The notes beneath the pieces were generated by a model, which saw only the letters and a list, made by a program, of their open reading frames with translations, had not been told where the DNA came from and did not search any database. This document shows, one piece after another, positions 1 through 13,200 of a stretch of 64,000 nucleotides of DNA; within the stretch, counting starts at the first letter, position 1, and each line of letters starts with the position of its first letter. A program made the translations under genes and the position numbers. This DNA comes from Protoeuglena noctilucae (Eukaryota), in NCBI GenBank assembly GCA_958009085.1, contig OY253678.1, positions 372,001-436,000 on the forward strand, read 5' to 3'.

Positions 1-1078
1 CGGGTGCAAGAGGTCCTTCCAGTCCCTTGGCTGCTCCACCCCTATCTTCCTCAGCTGCGTCCGGTTGAACGCCAGCGCCACGCAGCCCCACCGGTAGGGT
101 GCCCCGTACACCTGGCCCTGCACACGTGGCGAGCGTTGCGCGGGGTGCAGCTCTGAGTGGCGCTTGCTGGCCACGGTCGCATGACAGGGAAGGCGTCAGG
201 CGTGCACCTTAGGGTCCGGGTATCCGTTGGCGTCGCGCTGCACCAGGGCATGCCAGCGGGGGCCCAGCGCACGCCACCACCGACACCTCTGGGCATCCGG
301 GATGGGACGCACCAGGCCACCCCGGATGGCCGGGCCCAGCCAGGCGTCGCCCAGCGTCACAGCGTCCGCCTGCCCAGGTCCTCGCTCCTTGGATGGGACC
401 CTGCGACGCCAGGCAGGGCGAGGCGGGTGTCTTCAGACGGCGATGGGGCGCGACCTGATCCCATCCAACGGCGCGACCGCGTGGGAGTACAGACGCTCAC
501 CCTCGCCGGCGCTCTCCCTTCGCCGCGCGCTTCGCCTCCGCGCTCAGCCCGTCGTAACTGTTCTGGAGGGAGTCGCGCTGCGTCATGCCCACGCGGACCC
601 GCGGGCCCAGCAGCAGCTTCATGTCCGTCTCCCAGTGCAGCGGCATGGAACCCTTGAGACTCACGACCTTGAGATCGAGCGGGGCGTCGAAAACCTGCGG
701 CGCAACCTTCGGAGCTCTCTCCCGTCATGCACGCGACTCGCGCTGGCGTGCAGGTCGCCGCGCAGAGGCCGCCAAAGCCCCCCACGGCGTGCCACGCACC
801 TCTTCTTTACGACCATCCAGGAACTTGACCGTGCGGGTCTTAATCCCGAGGCTGGTGGCGAGGCTGTCCGATGAAGCCGCTCGCAGTCGCCAGCCATGGC
901 TTCCCCAGCGCGCGCACCTCTGTATCCTTGGCTGGCACGACGCGAGCTGCGATTGATGGGCAAAGTAGCTAATTCCTCCTTCAGGCGATCATATCTCTGC
1001 TCAGAGGCTCCAGGGCAGCTGAGCACGAAGCAAGCTGCACATTCCAGTCACCGGGCACGCCCCCGCCTGCCACGACAT
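1..1078 (-). CDS. PotD/PotF-like spermidine/putrescine-binding (extracellular solute-binding) protein, ENF2-like, probably plastid-targeted; 3' end runs off the window
   Basis: Manually spliced exons give ...ADAVTLGDAWLGPAIRGGLVRPIP...RWHALVQRDANGYPDPK / VYGAPYRWGCVALAFNRTQLRKIGVEQPRDWKDLLHP, matching cyanobacterial and plant PotD-like motifs (LGDxWL, APYRWG, DWxDL). The N-terminus is R/S/A-rich like a transit peptide (WRLRAASSDS). The start at 1078 is tentative. Not visible as one ORF in the ORF track. Confidence 0.8.
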
Positions 1079-1650
1079 CAGAGGCACTGCGTCCTAGCAA
1101 CGTCCCCTCGTGCAGTCGTCGGCAATGCCGAGCACGATGTAAATAAGATTTGTGCAGGTGAGGGGAACCTCGCCCCAAGTTGTATCGGATGCTGGGGGCG
1201 TAGTGACGAACTAAAACGCCTCCTAAACGCTCATCACTCCCCGGCAAGCGATGTTCGATCGTTCATTCAAATCGTCAAGTCCGGGTGTCAGCGAGGGCAC
1301 CACCAGACTGGCTGCTGGGGAAAGGGATAGGATGCGTCGGCGTCCCGCAAAAAATCACCGCCAGAAGAAGCGCCAGGGGGCCGGAAAATGTGCTCGAGGG
1401 AAGTCGCAACGAGCACGCGGGGCCAAAAACGGCGCTCAGTCCGAAGGTGCAGGGACGCGATGGCCCATGTGCAGGCTAGGGAGCATACTGCTGCATCTGT
1501 GGTAGGGTAGCGTAGCTGGGAGATTGAGATTGTAGATGATCCTGGTGTGGCGAGGCCGCGCGTTCGGCAGTACGGTCAGTGGGCAGTGGTGGTGCAGGAG
1601 AGGGAAACTCGCCCGCGAACGTGCTTGGCGGGGCGGCGCCTCCGTGAGGC

Positions 1651-3018
1651 TCAAAACGAGGGCAGGACGGCGTCGGTGCCGTGCCCGGAGACCGCGGCGG
1701 CTGCCGCGGCGCGGGCGATGGAGACGGACGACGTCGGGGGTGCCGCGCCGCGACGGTAGCCGCCCCTCCCGCGGCCCCGGCCAGGCTTGACCAGGCACCA
1801 CTCCGGGATGGGCTCGCCGCGGGCCTGGGCCTCCGCAATCGCCTCCGCCTTCATCTGCTCCACCTCCTCCTGCGCGCAGAGGGGCCCATTGTCAGGTTGG
1901 TCATCCCGCAACAGACCAAGGCGCGCAAGCTGGCGGTGCGCGCGCCAGCATTGTAGCAGAGGGCGCCCGGGTCCGCGCGGCGCCGCACCTTGGTAGCGAA
2001 CCGGCCCTTGATGCGGGGCCGGACCTCGGCGTAGGCCTTGCGGGACTGGTAGCGGATGGTCTTCTTGAACTGACGGCGCTGGCGCTTGGACCGGTAGCGC
2101 TCGATGGCGACGAGGCGCTGGCGGCGGGCCTCCGGGTCGCGCATCCGCTCGGCGAAGGGCACCGTGCAGAGGACCAGCTCGGGCGCCGGGACGTGAGGGG
2201 CGAAGTCGGCGTCCTCGACATCGACGTCACGCTCCTCCTCCTCCTCCTCCTCCTGGGGGGCGGCGTCCCACGAGGGCACGGCGCGGACGGCCGGGACGGG
2301 CGACTCGGCCGGCGCCGGCGCAGGGACGACCGCCTCGGGAACCATCAGGTCTGCCTGGGAGGCCTGGCTGGCGTTGGGGTCGATGAAGGCCGGGACGCGG
2401 AGCTTGTCCCCGGAGACCATGCCGAACTGCGGCGCGGAGCGACGACAGCGGGTCGGAACCCCGTCGAGAGCTCTCGCGCAAGCAACAGGGCGCCAGGGGG
2501 GCAGCACTCGCTCGCTCACCAGCAGGTCGTCGTTACCTCCGAGGATCGAGTCCAGCGAGGTGCGCGTGGCCTTGGGCATCGTGCTGTCGATGGAGGCACG
2601 CGGGACGCTGGGCACGACGCCGTCGGACAGCGTCGGCACGAGGGCGTCCACGTCGACGTCCACGCCGCCCGGCACCATCTCGGGCGCGGCGGAGAGGAAG
2701 TCGAACATGTCCATGGACGTGCGCTTGGCGTTCTTGGCGGACGCGAAGTCCTCGAAGAGCGCCTCGAGGTCGCGCCAACCGGCGGGGTCATTGCGGTCCG
2801 GGGAAGCCCGCACGGGCGCGTCGCCCAGCTGGGGCACCAGCGCGACCGCGCCGGCATCGAAGCTGTCTGCGGGCACGTGAGGAGCGAAAGCGTCAGGGTC
2901 GCGGCCCGTCCGCGCCTGAAGGCGCCCCCGCGACCCCGAGGGTCTAGCACGGCATGCCCCCGCCCCACGCACCGCGCGAGGCCGCGGGATCGACGGCAGG
3001 AGCCGCGCCGAAGCTCAT
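1651..3018 (-). CDS. CCT-motif protein (CONSTANS-like/CMF family, no B-box seen)
   Basis: CCT motif [40 protein letters not shown]. Exons approx. 3018-2973, 2915-1989 and 1869-1651 with GT-AG introns. Poly-Glu tract precedes the CCT. Confidence 0.88.
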
Positions 3019-3513
3019 GACCGGCACCATTGATTCCGAAATCGCCGAGGAGGAAGGCCCGTTGGACCGAGGCGTTGCTGACGAAAACTCCGGGCTCGCG
3101 CCGCTGCGAGGGGACGGGCGGAGGGCGCAGTGAGCGGCCATCCATTTTCTCGATCGATCACGATGCCGACTGGCCACCGTGCGACCCCCGCCGACGGTCC
3201 CTCGAGCGGGGCCGCCCCGAGGACCCCCGCGCCCTCGGCCGGGCCCCCGAGGCCTCCGAAAGCCGCGCGCCGACAAAGAGATCCCGCGATTGCTCCGCGG
3301 CGACCGCGCGAGCCCTTTGCGCCCGTCACCTTCGAGAGATCACCAGAACCGCACGGAAAGGAACTAGGAGGCGTTCGACCTGACTACTATCCGTCTTTTT
3401 CTGCGGTGAGGAGGCCGCGCGGGCACCCCAAGGCCCGGCCGAGCGGCGGGCAGGACGTAGGAAACAGCCAGCAACACCCGACCGGCGTTTGGGACGATGG
3501 GGGAATTGCGCCT

Positions 3514-5979
3514 TCAATGGGCCCACCGGGGCGGGGAGAAGAAGCTCGTCACGGCTTTGAGGCGGGCCTTGGACGGCCGGGCCAGGGGGCACCGCTCGCA
3601 CACCCAGCGCACGGCGGCGTCCACCGCCTGACGCGTCACGGGCTGCGCACTGGGCTGCACGGCACCGAGGGGCCCCGCATGCAGCGCCTGCGGCCCGGAC
3701 TCGCCGTAGCATCCCACCAGGAGCGCCACGGCCGCGCAGGCCGCTGCGTCCAGGTTCTCGTCGCTGGCCAGCAACACCGTCCTATTGCTGCTCAGCACAT
3801 GCGACACGATCTCCAGGACTTCGCCCAGGACCCTTGTGAGGCCGAACCGGTCCTTGGCCGCTGGGGGCACGGCTCGCCATAGGTACCGCAGCTCCCCGTG
3901 ACGCGCCCATGCGCAGCAGCTGCGGCGAGGGTGGCAGGCAGAGGTGACGTGAGCCACAAACCCTTCGTTGGATCCGCAGAACACTTGCACGGCGTCAACT
4001 CCGCTCGTCACCTGTCGCCATGCCCCATCCACCCTGTGCGCCCCGTGCCGCCCTCCCCTCGCGGCCCCTGCGCGCCAGGCATGCGACCCGCCAAGGCCAG
4101 CCTGTGCATGTCCCAGGGCGTCGGTCCCAAGCACACGTGCTCCGGCCGGCAGCAACAGCCTTGGGAGCCACCCGGCTGACATCTCGGGCAGGGGTCCGTC
4201 GCAGTAGCCTCCAGCTGGTGTTCGCAAAGGCTCACCACCACGTCCACCTCCTCAAACAACACCCCCCCCGCCCGGAGGCACCCCGCAGGGCCGATCGATA
4301 TGCCCGTGCCGTGGATGGGGAAGAGCCCAAGCTTGGTCCCCACCGCCCCATGCAAAGGCATCAAGCCCCACATGGCTTTGGGCGGAAGGCGGTCAAGCCG
4401 CACAGAAGGAGACGAACCGTCGCACACAGGCGGCGTCACTGCAGCGTCTCTCTTCATTGTAGAGCTCGGCAGGGCTGCAGAGCCCGCGTCCCGCTCCGGT
4501 CGGCCCACCGCCGACTTAACCTCTGGGGCAGCCCCCTCAGGCATCCCACGGTCGCCCGGCACAGGCGCGTCCTTGCGAGCTGCGCCTCGCAGCCGCGCGA
4601 TCGTAGCCGCCACCCCGCTCGGCCCGGCTGCGAGCAACTCCCGCAGGTGCGCTGGGTCCCACATCACCTCCGGTGTCAGTCCAAGCGACCACGTCTCCTC
4701 ATCATCACCCGCGCCCGGGACGTACCTGCAAGGAAACACTCGACACTGGATTACCGAAATCTAGGTGGGGGACGATGCTGCTCACAAAGATCCAAACACA
4801 GTACCCCGCACCAGAACCCAACTCGTCGAGACGGGCCAGCCTCCGCGGGAAGGCCAGGGACGAGGACCTCCCGGCGATGCACGGGCGCGCCCGATTCGCT
4901 GGCGTTGACGAGGAAGATGGGCGTGAAGGGCAGCTCGTTGGACGAGGGCACCATGTTAGTGAAGACGCGTGAGCCGGGCGTCACCCAAAGCGGCCTGCGT
5001 GCGCGATAGGCTGGGTCAGGGAGGCCGGCGACTGAACAGCGCAGCGATGTCAATCCATGCGCCGCCGCGCGCCTCACCGCAATGGCTTGGCCAGGGCAGC
5101 ACCCAGCTCCCGCAGGTCCGCCCCGCACGACAGCAGCGACGCGACGAAGCCGTTCAGGAGAGACTCCACGGAGTTGCGCTCGTTGTCGGTGATCCAGGGC
5201 GGCAGGTGCAGTCGACAGTCCCATCCCAGCGACTCGTTTTCCGGCCGCGCAACCCAGGGCATCCCTGCCAGGTCCAGCTGCACCGTCTCGGGCCAAGCCG
5301 GCATGGCCTCCCACCCAGCGGCCTCGTCCGCCATCGCGATGGCGCCCGCATTGTCGCTGACTTGCTCAGACGCTGCTTGCGGGGTGGCCAGCCCTGCGCG
5401 TGGGACAGGCAGCCAGGTGTGCATGCCGTGCAGGATGCCTGGCTCGCGGGCGGGGAGGCAGAGCACACACCTGCAGCGCCCTTCCCGCACACGTCACGCA
5501 GCGCGCGGTTGATGACGCAGCACCATATAGGCACGGTTTTCTGGAACGAGTCGGGGAGCGGCTTGCCGGGCCCCGTCGCGTCGACCAGGACGGCCCCGCC
5601 GTGAGCTGCCGCAGCCAACGCGACGCCCAAGTTGAGCCTTTTCGTGCTGAAAGACCAATTGGAGAAGTGTCCGTCGGTGGATTTGAAATGGCAGACGCCC
5701 TTCGGGTCTGCGTGGCACCAGCGAACGGCCCATTCCGAGACCAGCAAGCGTGTGGGCTGTGACCGCGATGGCACCCGTGCAGCCCGAGCATGTGACATCT
5801 GCTGCGCCAAGGCCTTTACCTGGGACGCACCACAGGCCGCAGCGGGCGTTGGCGAACACGGGGAGGGTGGGGTAAAGGGCGGCGAACTCGGCGACAAAGA
5901 CGGCGTCAGCGTGGCAGGATGCGATGTGATGAAAGGGACCGTGCTGCTCTCGCTTCACTTGGCGGACAATACGGTGCAT
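3514..5979 (-). CDS. RIT1: tRNA A64-2'-O-ribosylphosphate transferase (initiator tRNA phosphoribosyl transferase, Rit1)
   Basis: ANARCGLW, CHFKSTDGHFSNWSFSTKRLNL, PDSFQKTVPIWCCVINRAL, KPLRPLWV, YVPGAGDDEETWSLGLTP and a C-terminal DUSP-like domain ending CPLARPSKARLKAV. Multi-exon. Confidence 0.92.
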
Positions 5980-6224
5980 CGGAGCGGAGAAAAGCTCAAG
6001 GCGTCATCCGTGGAAGGCTCCTACGTCTCTGCGCAAGCCGGGCGGCTGTGTGGATGGCATGATGACCTAGAGTCGCATAACGACGGCCCTATCCCCCGGC
6101 CTGATGCGCCCCAGCTGGCAAAATTGCCCCCCGCAAGTGAACGAGCGCTCTGACCTCCCCAAGCGCCTGCCGCGTCGCGTGACTGTCGCAGAAGCGGCAG
6201 CGCTATGTGTATGACCCGTGCAAC

Positions 6225-7078
6225 ATGTCGCTGATGGATCGGGCCAAGGAGGCCCTGGCCAAGGGGAGCCAAGGGGTGCAGAAGAGCTTGGGCCTCCGCA
6301 CGGAACAGGAGACAGAGAACCAGGGGCTGCTGAGAAATCTGCAATCTTCTGTGAGCGAAGCAGTGACGCTGGTGAGATCTCCGCAGCCGCCGGAGCGGAG
6401 TGGGCGGGCTGCGCCGGGGGCCCCCTGCACGCAACGTCCGCCCGATCGCGCAGCGCCATCTCCCGACCTGGCAGTGCGCCTGGTCACTCTTCTTGCTATG
6501 TTGTTGCGGACGTCGTTGTGCTTTGGCTCGCAGACATGGCAGCAGCGACTCATGGGCTTCGCCGCGTGCGCGGGACTGGGCCTGCTCTGCTTTCTCATCG
6601 GTGCGTGGGCGCGCGCATGCGGATGGCTGTGAGCCGCCGAAACCGAGATGGCGCTTTGCTTCCCTGCTGCGTGCCCTCGCTTCGCTCCCGAATTGCCGCC
6701 ATGCCAAGGCACGCTCCGTTCGTGCGGGTGCCTGCAGCCTCCATCTCCATGCTGCGCCCTGTCAAGTTCGCCACGGCCTTTACGATGGGTAACATTCTGC
6801 TGGTCGGCTCGTCCTTCTTCCTGGCCGGCCCGGCGAAGCAGTTCAAGATGATGACCAAGGGGGGCCGCCTCTGGGCCTCTGCAGGATTCGTGGGGTCGAT
6901 GATCCTGACCCTTTTCGTCGCTTTTAGGTTCCGCAGCATCTTTCTCACGCTCCCATGCCTTGCTGTCGAGCTCTTCTGCATGCTCTACTACCTTGCCAGC
7001 TACGTTCCGTTCGGTCAGCAGATGCTGCGCAGCGCCTGCACGCGCTGCTGCGGTGACACGTTTGATTTCGAGGTTTAG
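6225..7078 (+). CDS. SFT2: Vesicle transport protein SFT2 (Got1/Sft2 family)
   Basis: TWQQRLMGFAAC, RPVKFATAFTMGNILLVGSSFFLAGPAKQFKMM, YYLASYVPFG. Four hydrophobic segments and two GT-AG introns. An alternative start near 6207 is possible. Confidence 0.88.
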
Positions 7079-7289
7079 CAGTGTTGGACGCCGGCCGGCT
7101 CGCAGCTGTGCTCACAAGCACGGCTTGGTGCTACTGCCGCACCCAATGACGCGTGGGTTTGATTTTTCCTCAGTTCGATTCACGAGAGAGCCGGCGAACG
7201 ACGCCCGGCGTTAGATCTAAGATTGTGAAGATTGTGTAGGCAAAGTCGCTGCGCTAGTGTGATGCAATGGAAGGGAACGTGCTCACAAA

Positions 7290-10200
7290 TTAGGTGGCCA
7301 GAGAAAGCAGGAGCGCCGTGCCTCGCTTGATCCAGTGCTCGGGGTCCACGGAGCCGCTCTTGAGGTCGACGGAGATCATGTACGACGGCCGCTCGCGCGT
7401 CCCCGTGCGCACCGGGTTGATGTACAGCGGGCACTGGTACACGCCCTTGGGAGCCTTCTTCTTCGCCTGCGGGTGCCAGAAACGCCACTTGCAGCGTCAA
7501 CAGCCTCCGTATGTCCCTGCCATCGCGGCCGGGCCTGGGCCGGGCCTCGAAATGATATGGCGCGCCACGTCGACGCGCTGCCGGGAGCAACGAAGGCGTG
7601 TGCCTTGCCAGCCCGCGCCTCACCTCGGCTGGCTTGAAGTGGATGATGGGCATGGCCTCGATGAGCCGCATGGGCTCGGGCTCGCACAGGTGGCCCCGGT
7701 CGGCGTCCCACCCGGCGCCTTCCAGGTAGATGCCCTTGACGTACACGCCCTCGCGTGGTGGCTGCTGGATGTCCTTCTCCTCGACGCCACTGCGCGGAAC
7801 GAGCGAGTTGACGAGAGTTGACGATGCAACAGACACCCTGGAATCTCTCCCTCGCCTCTCACCGCGATGCAACGCATGCACCATGCCCACCATGCCCTCA
7901 CGACGATACATGCACCACAACCCCCACGCCATCCCAGACATGCCCTCACATCATGACCGTGTACTCGAACGCCAGCGTGTCGATGGGGATGGCGTTCTTG
8001 CGCGCGGTGGTCTGCAGCACCGCCTTGAGGAAGCCCGTGGGGTACGTGAAGCCCGAGAGCCAGTACACCATGGGATAGGTCTCCTCCGCCCAGGAGTTGA
8101 GCTGCTCTAAACGGCTGAGGAGGTCCCGGGTCCACGAGCCCAGGCCCTTGATGGAGGGGTACCCCTTGAGCCACCCGGCAGGGACCTTGCCGTTCGAAAG
8201 GGCCTCGAAGATGCCGTCCAGGTCGGCGGACATGACCACGAGGCCCTTGATGCCCAGCTGCAGCTCCCCGCAGTCCCGGTGCACCCGCTTGAGCAGCGCG
8301 TTGTACCGCTCCAACTCCTGGACCAGCACCACGTGCAGGGCGCTGGGGTCGTCCGCCTTCTTCGCCTGCGGGAGAGGAAGTGGCTATTGTTGTCACTGCA
8401 TCATGCGAATGCGTGGTCATGAGAGCCGACCGCGGCGTTGTGCCATGGCTTCATGAGCCGGGCGCCCAGCGCTGCGACATCGCCCGACGTGATGGAACGA
8501 AAATGCATTCCCCGACGCGCGCACTCCGTCGCTGCGGCATCCAGCGCCCCCGGCCCCGTCGTCGCGCGCACCTTGACAGCCTCGACGTCCACCTCATGCG
8601 GCACTTGGTCGATCAAATCCTGCGCCACCTTCAAGACCGCCTCGTCCTTGGACGCCCCACCGGCACCGCCACCCGTCCGCGGCTGCAGGCCGACCAGGGA
8701 GTCGAGCACGACCATCGAGTCCTCCATCTGGTAGCTGATGTCGGCGTTGGGGTGCTGGCCGAACGCCTCGGGGCGGTCCGTCTGCGGCAGTGTGGCACGG
8801 CACGGTGGTGAGCTCAGCAACACGGGTGGCGGTGGGGGCAGCCATGGCGCGCGGGGTCAGAGGAAGGCGTCTGATATGGCACAGTCACTCATGCATAGAC
8901 CAAACAAGGGTTCACGGCTCGCTAGCTGCACACCGCTTTGCAGCGGCCCGCTGTGGCTTCCAGCACGCTGTTCGCTCGCCTGGGGCAGCGTCTGGATGTA
9001 ATCCTTGAAGGACTGCAAAGAGCCCTGCTCGGGGATGTAGTAGTACGGGAGGCTCGACAGCTTGAAGTGCTGCGTCTCCACGGCTGCGTCCTGGTAGTAC
9101 TGGTTGAGGTACGAATTGAGCACGCGACGGTCGAGCTCATCCGTGACGCGGCCGCCTGCGGGGAGTTAGTAAAGCGGTGAAGGTGAGAAGCAGTTCAGAT
9201 TGTGGATAGCAGGCATGGCAGTGGGGGTTTGAGTAGGACCCAAGCCCTGCGCGTGCAACCCGTCGGCACGCAGCCCCCCGCCACCGTCGCCCCCGCACTG
9301 CCGCAGCAGCACCAGCCCCTCCTCCGCTCACCGTAGTTGGCCTCCGCGATGAGGTACTTGAGCGCCTCCCAGGGCGTTTGGTCGTAGGAGTCGAGGTAGC
9401 TCTTGAGGATGTCGTCCGAGACCTTAAAGTCCGTGTCGTTGAAGTCGTACGGGATGTTGAGGCCCAGGGTGCGGAACTTGCGGCGCTCGAGGAGCACTGA
9501 GTGGAAGAAGGCGAGGGCGAAGAGGAGCTTCTGGTACTTCTGCTGGGACTTGCACTCGGCGAACGACTCCTTGGTGATGGTGTTGTAGAGGCGCATGAGG
9601 TTGGCGCGGAGGCCGCGGGGGGGCTCCGTGGTCATCTTGATCGACCGCTGGAGGATGGAGATGGGGAAGCGCTCCGTGGGGTTGGACGACAGCCACAGGC
9701 GGAAGGACGGGTGCGGGCGGGCGGCCGGGAACGTGTCGATGATCTTGCTCAGGGCCGGCAGCCAGCTGGTCATCAGGTGGCAGTTGGCCAGGAACACCCA
9801 GTGGCCCCGCTGCAGGCCGTCGCGGATCAGCGACGCGGCGCGCTTCTCCTGGCCCTGCCCCAGCGCCACGCTGAAGTACTTGTCCTCCATGCCCGTCTCG
9901 CGCGCGAGCTTCTTGAGCCCCTCAGTGGGGTCCACGCCCGGCGACAGCACGAAGATGAGCGGCGTGGCGGGATTCGAGTCCCGGAAGCACTCGTCCAGGT
10001 CCAGGACGGGCGGCTCGACGTACTTGCGGCCGAGTGCGTTGGCGACAAAGTTGGTGACGGCGAAGATGACGCGGTCCGGCCGCATGCTCCGCACGATCAC
10101 CATCTTCTGCAGCTCGTTCATCCGCGACTCCCACTCCCCGGGCAGCGGCTCGGCCTCGGGCTCGGCCGAGCGGTACCACCCCTCCCACTCCACGAGCATC

Positions 10201-13200
10201 GAGTCGAAGGACGCGACGATCCCGGAGAAGCTCGGCATGCGGTCCAGCTCCGTGAGGTTGTCCCAGGTGGCCTCGGAGACCCAGCCGGGCGCCGGGTTGG
10301 GCGCCTGCTCCGTGCGGTCCAGCACCGTGCCGCCCTTGAGGAAGAACTGGAACTCCTCCGGGTTGAAGTTGGTCGGGGCGTTCTGCAGGATGCGGACGCA
10401 CATCTGCAGCGAGAGGAGGAGCTTGTGGCGCTCGAACAGCGCGCGCGTCGTGTACTTGTACACGGCGTACGTGTGGTGGTCGTTGAGGCCCTTGATGCGC
10501 TCGGGGAGGAAGTCCGAGGGCGGGGCGTGCTTGATGGAGAGCAGGAAGATGTCCACGTACGCGTCGAGCGAGAACTGGTACATCGGGTCGATCTTCGTGA
10601 GGTCGTTTAAGACGAAGTACAGAAGCGAGGCACGGAGGGCCACGGGCACGTACTCCTGCGACGCGGCCTCGATCTCCTGCGACGTCTTCTCGGCCGTGCG
10701 CAGCATGCTGTTGACCTCGCTCCAGGTGTTCTTGGAGTTGTCGAGCGTCTGGATCAGCGCGATGTTGTCGAGGAGAGACCCGGTCGCGTTGGACAGCAGG
10801 TTGAGGATCTCGTCCTCCAGCTCCGCCTGCGTCCGCTTGCCTTTGGCCACCTTGACCACCAACTCGTTCTTCAGCTTGTCCAGGTCCGGACGCTCCTCCT
10901 TCACCACCAGGTTCAGCAGCTGCGGGGAACCGTAGTGTCAGGGGGGCGAGGTCAGCGCTGCATGGAAGGGCAGCATAGCAGGGGGGCACGCTCATCGATG
11001 AAGGGAACTGGCTGGGGTCTGCAGGGCTCATATCGGACATGCACACCAGGGCTCACCCTCGCTAGCTACTCTGCCCACCTCACCCATGCAGCAAAGCTCA
11101 CTTTCGCTAGCCACTACGCCCACCTCTGGACAACCGCATCCCACGCATGTAATCGCACTCACCTGTGCCTCGAGCCCCTGCTCCTTGACGGCGAAGTTGA
11201 CCAGGGTGACCTTGGTGGAGACCTCGGGCAGGTAGTGGGGGTTGGGGAGCTTGGTGGTGACGTAGAGCTTAAACTCGACGTTGTAGTCGACCTCCTTGTC
11301 GCCCAGCTTCACCAGCACCTGGTTGCCACGCCTGATGAACTTGCGCGCCAGCACCGGGTCCAGCGCGGGGTCCATCTCCTCGCCCACGTCCTCCAGCAGC
11401 ACCGGCTGGCCGAACTGGATCGCGTTTTCGATGCGCCGCATCATGTCGTGCATCTGCATGTCGATGACCACCAGGCCCCGCTCGGCCTCCATGTTCTTCA
11501 CCCACTTGTTCGCCTGCCCTTGCGGGTCGATCATAAGCGGCCAGCGCTTGCCGCGCGTGACCAGGACGCCGTTCTCGGTCGAGAAGGAGTCCGCGGGCAG
11601 GCCCTGGATGTTCCAGTCGCGCACGTCGGCGGGGTTGGCCAGGAACATCGAAAAGTCGAACTTGGCCGACGCCGGGAGGCGCAGGTTCTTGACCTTGGGC
11701 AGCCACGTCTTGGAGACGAGCTGCTCGCGGTACTCGCTCGGGAACGGCCCCGCGTAGGACATGAAGGCCGCGGCCACGACCACGTCGCCCAGCAGACGCG
11801 CCGCGTTGGTCTCGCACTCCTCGATCGTCCGCTCCCACCGCGTCCGCTCGCCCGCCAGGCCCGTCACGAGCTTCTCCGCGCGCTCCAGCTTCCCCTCCAA
11901 ATCCGTCAGCTCGTCTTCCAGCCGCTTGTTCTCCGCCATCGACGTGTTGTACCGGTCCTCGAGGGCCTGCACTTGCGCCTTGACCTCCTCCAGCTCCTTC
12001 AGCGCCTTGCTCAGCGCCGCCTGCTTCTTGTTCAGCGACGCCTGCGCCGCCTGCAGCTTCGCGCGCTTGGGCGCCACGTCCTTGTTGATCTCCCCGTACT
12101 TCTGCATGGCGTGCACCCACTTGCACATGCCCGCCGCGGCCCCGGAGCCGCCCTTCTCGACCTTCACGGGGTCGAACTCGGGGTTCGTGGTGAACTTGGA
12201 CATCTTCTTGAGCAGCGCGTCGTCGATCTTGTCCTTTTCGTAGAAGATGAGCGTGTTGAGGAAGCCGGGGTCCGCCATGGTCTTCTTTGCCGAGTCCCAC
12301 GTCGTCGGCTTGCGCAGCACCGTCAGCACGCCGCTCAGCGTCAGCTCCACCAGCCGCGGCGGCGACTGGTACGCCTTGAGCTCCGAGACGTCCTTCTTGT
12401 CCAGCACCCGCAGCGCCTCCTCGGCCTCGGCCAGCGCCGGCAGCGCCTCGTCCAGGGCGAGCTTGCACTCGGCCGCGATCGCGTCCGCCTCCGCCGCCTC
12501 CTTCCCGATCTTCTTCGCGTCCGCGTTGACCTGCTTCTCCCGCTCGTCGGCCACGCGCTTGTCCTGCACGATCTGCACCAGCAGCTCCTCGCACTCCTTC
12601 TTGGCCTTCGCCACCTCCATTTTCTTCGCCCGCGCCACCTCCTGCATCTTCGCCACCTGCTCCCCCGTCTCCGCCAGCTTCTCCAGGCCGCCCCGCAGCT
12701 TGATCGCCTTGCTCATCAGCTGCTCGCGCTTCTCCTTGAACAGCTCGATGTACCCCTTCACCGTTTCCAGGTAGCTCGTGGGCGTCACGTAGTTGACCCG
12801 CTTGACCTCGGCGCGCATCTGCGCCGACACGTTGGTCACCGACTGGTGCGCCGACACAAACATCCGCGCCACCGGCTGGCGGAACTCGGGCGGCACGAGC
12901 GCCACGGGCTCCAGGATCTTCTCCGCCACCTCCGTGAGCGCGTCGGCGGGCCACTCGGTGAACCAGTCGATCGTGGTGCAGTTGATGAGGCCCGGGAACA
13001 TGCGGCACCGCTCGCGGAAGGCGTCGCCCACCGGGCTCAGGCAAAGCACCACGTGCAGGTTGGTCGACACGCGGTCGAGGAGGTACGCGTAGACGGCCTC
13101 CTCGGTCTCCTGGAAGCCCGCCTTCTTGGCCGCGGGGCGCAGGTCGCTGATCAGCGCCGACAGCTCGTCCTTCGGGAAGAGGTTGGGCACCTCCCCGGAC

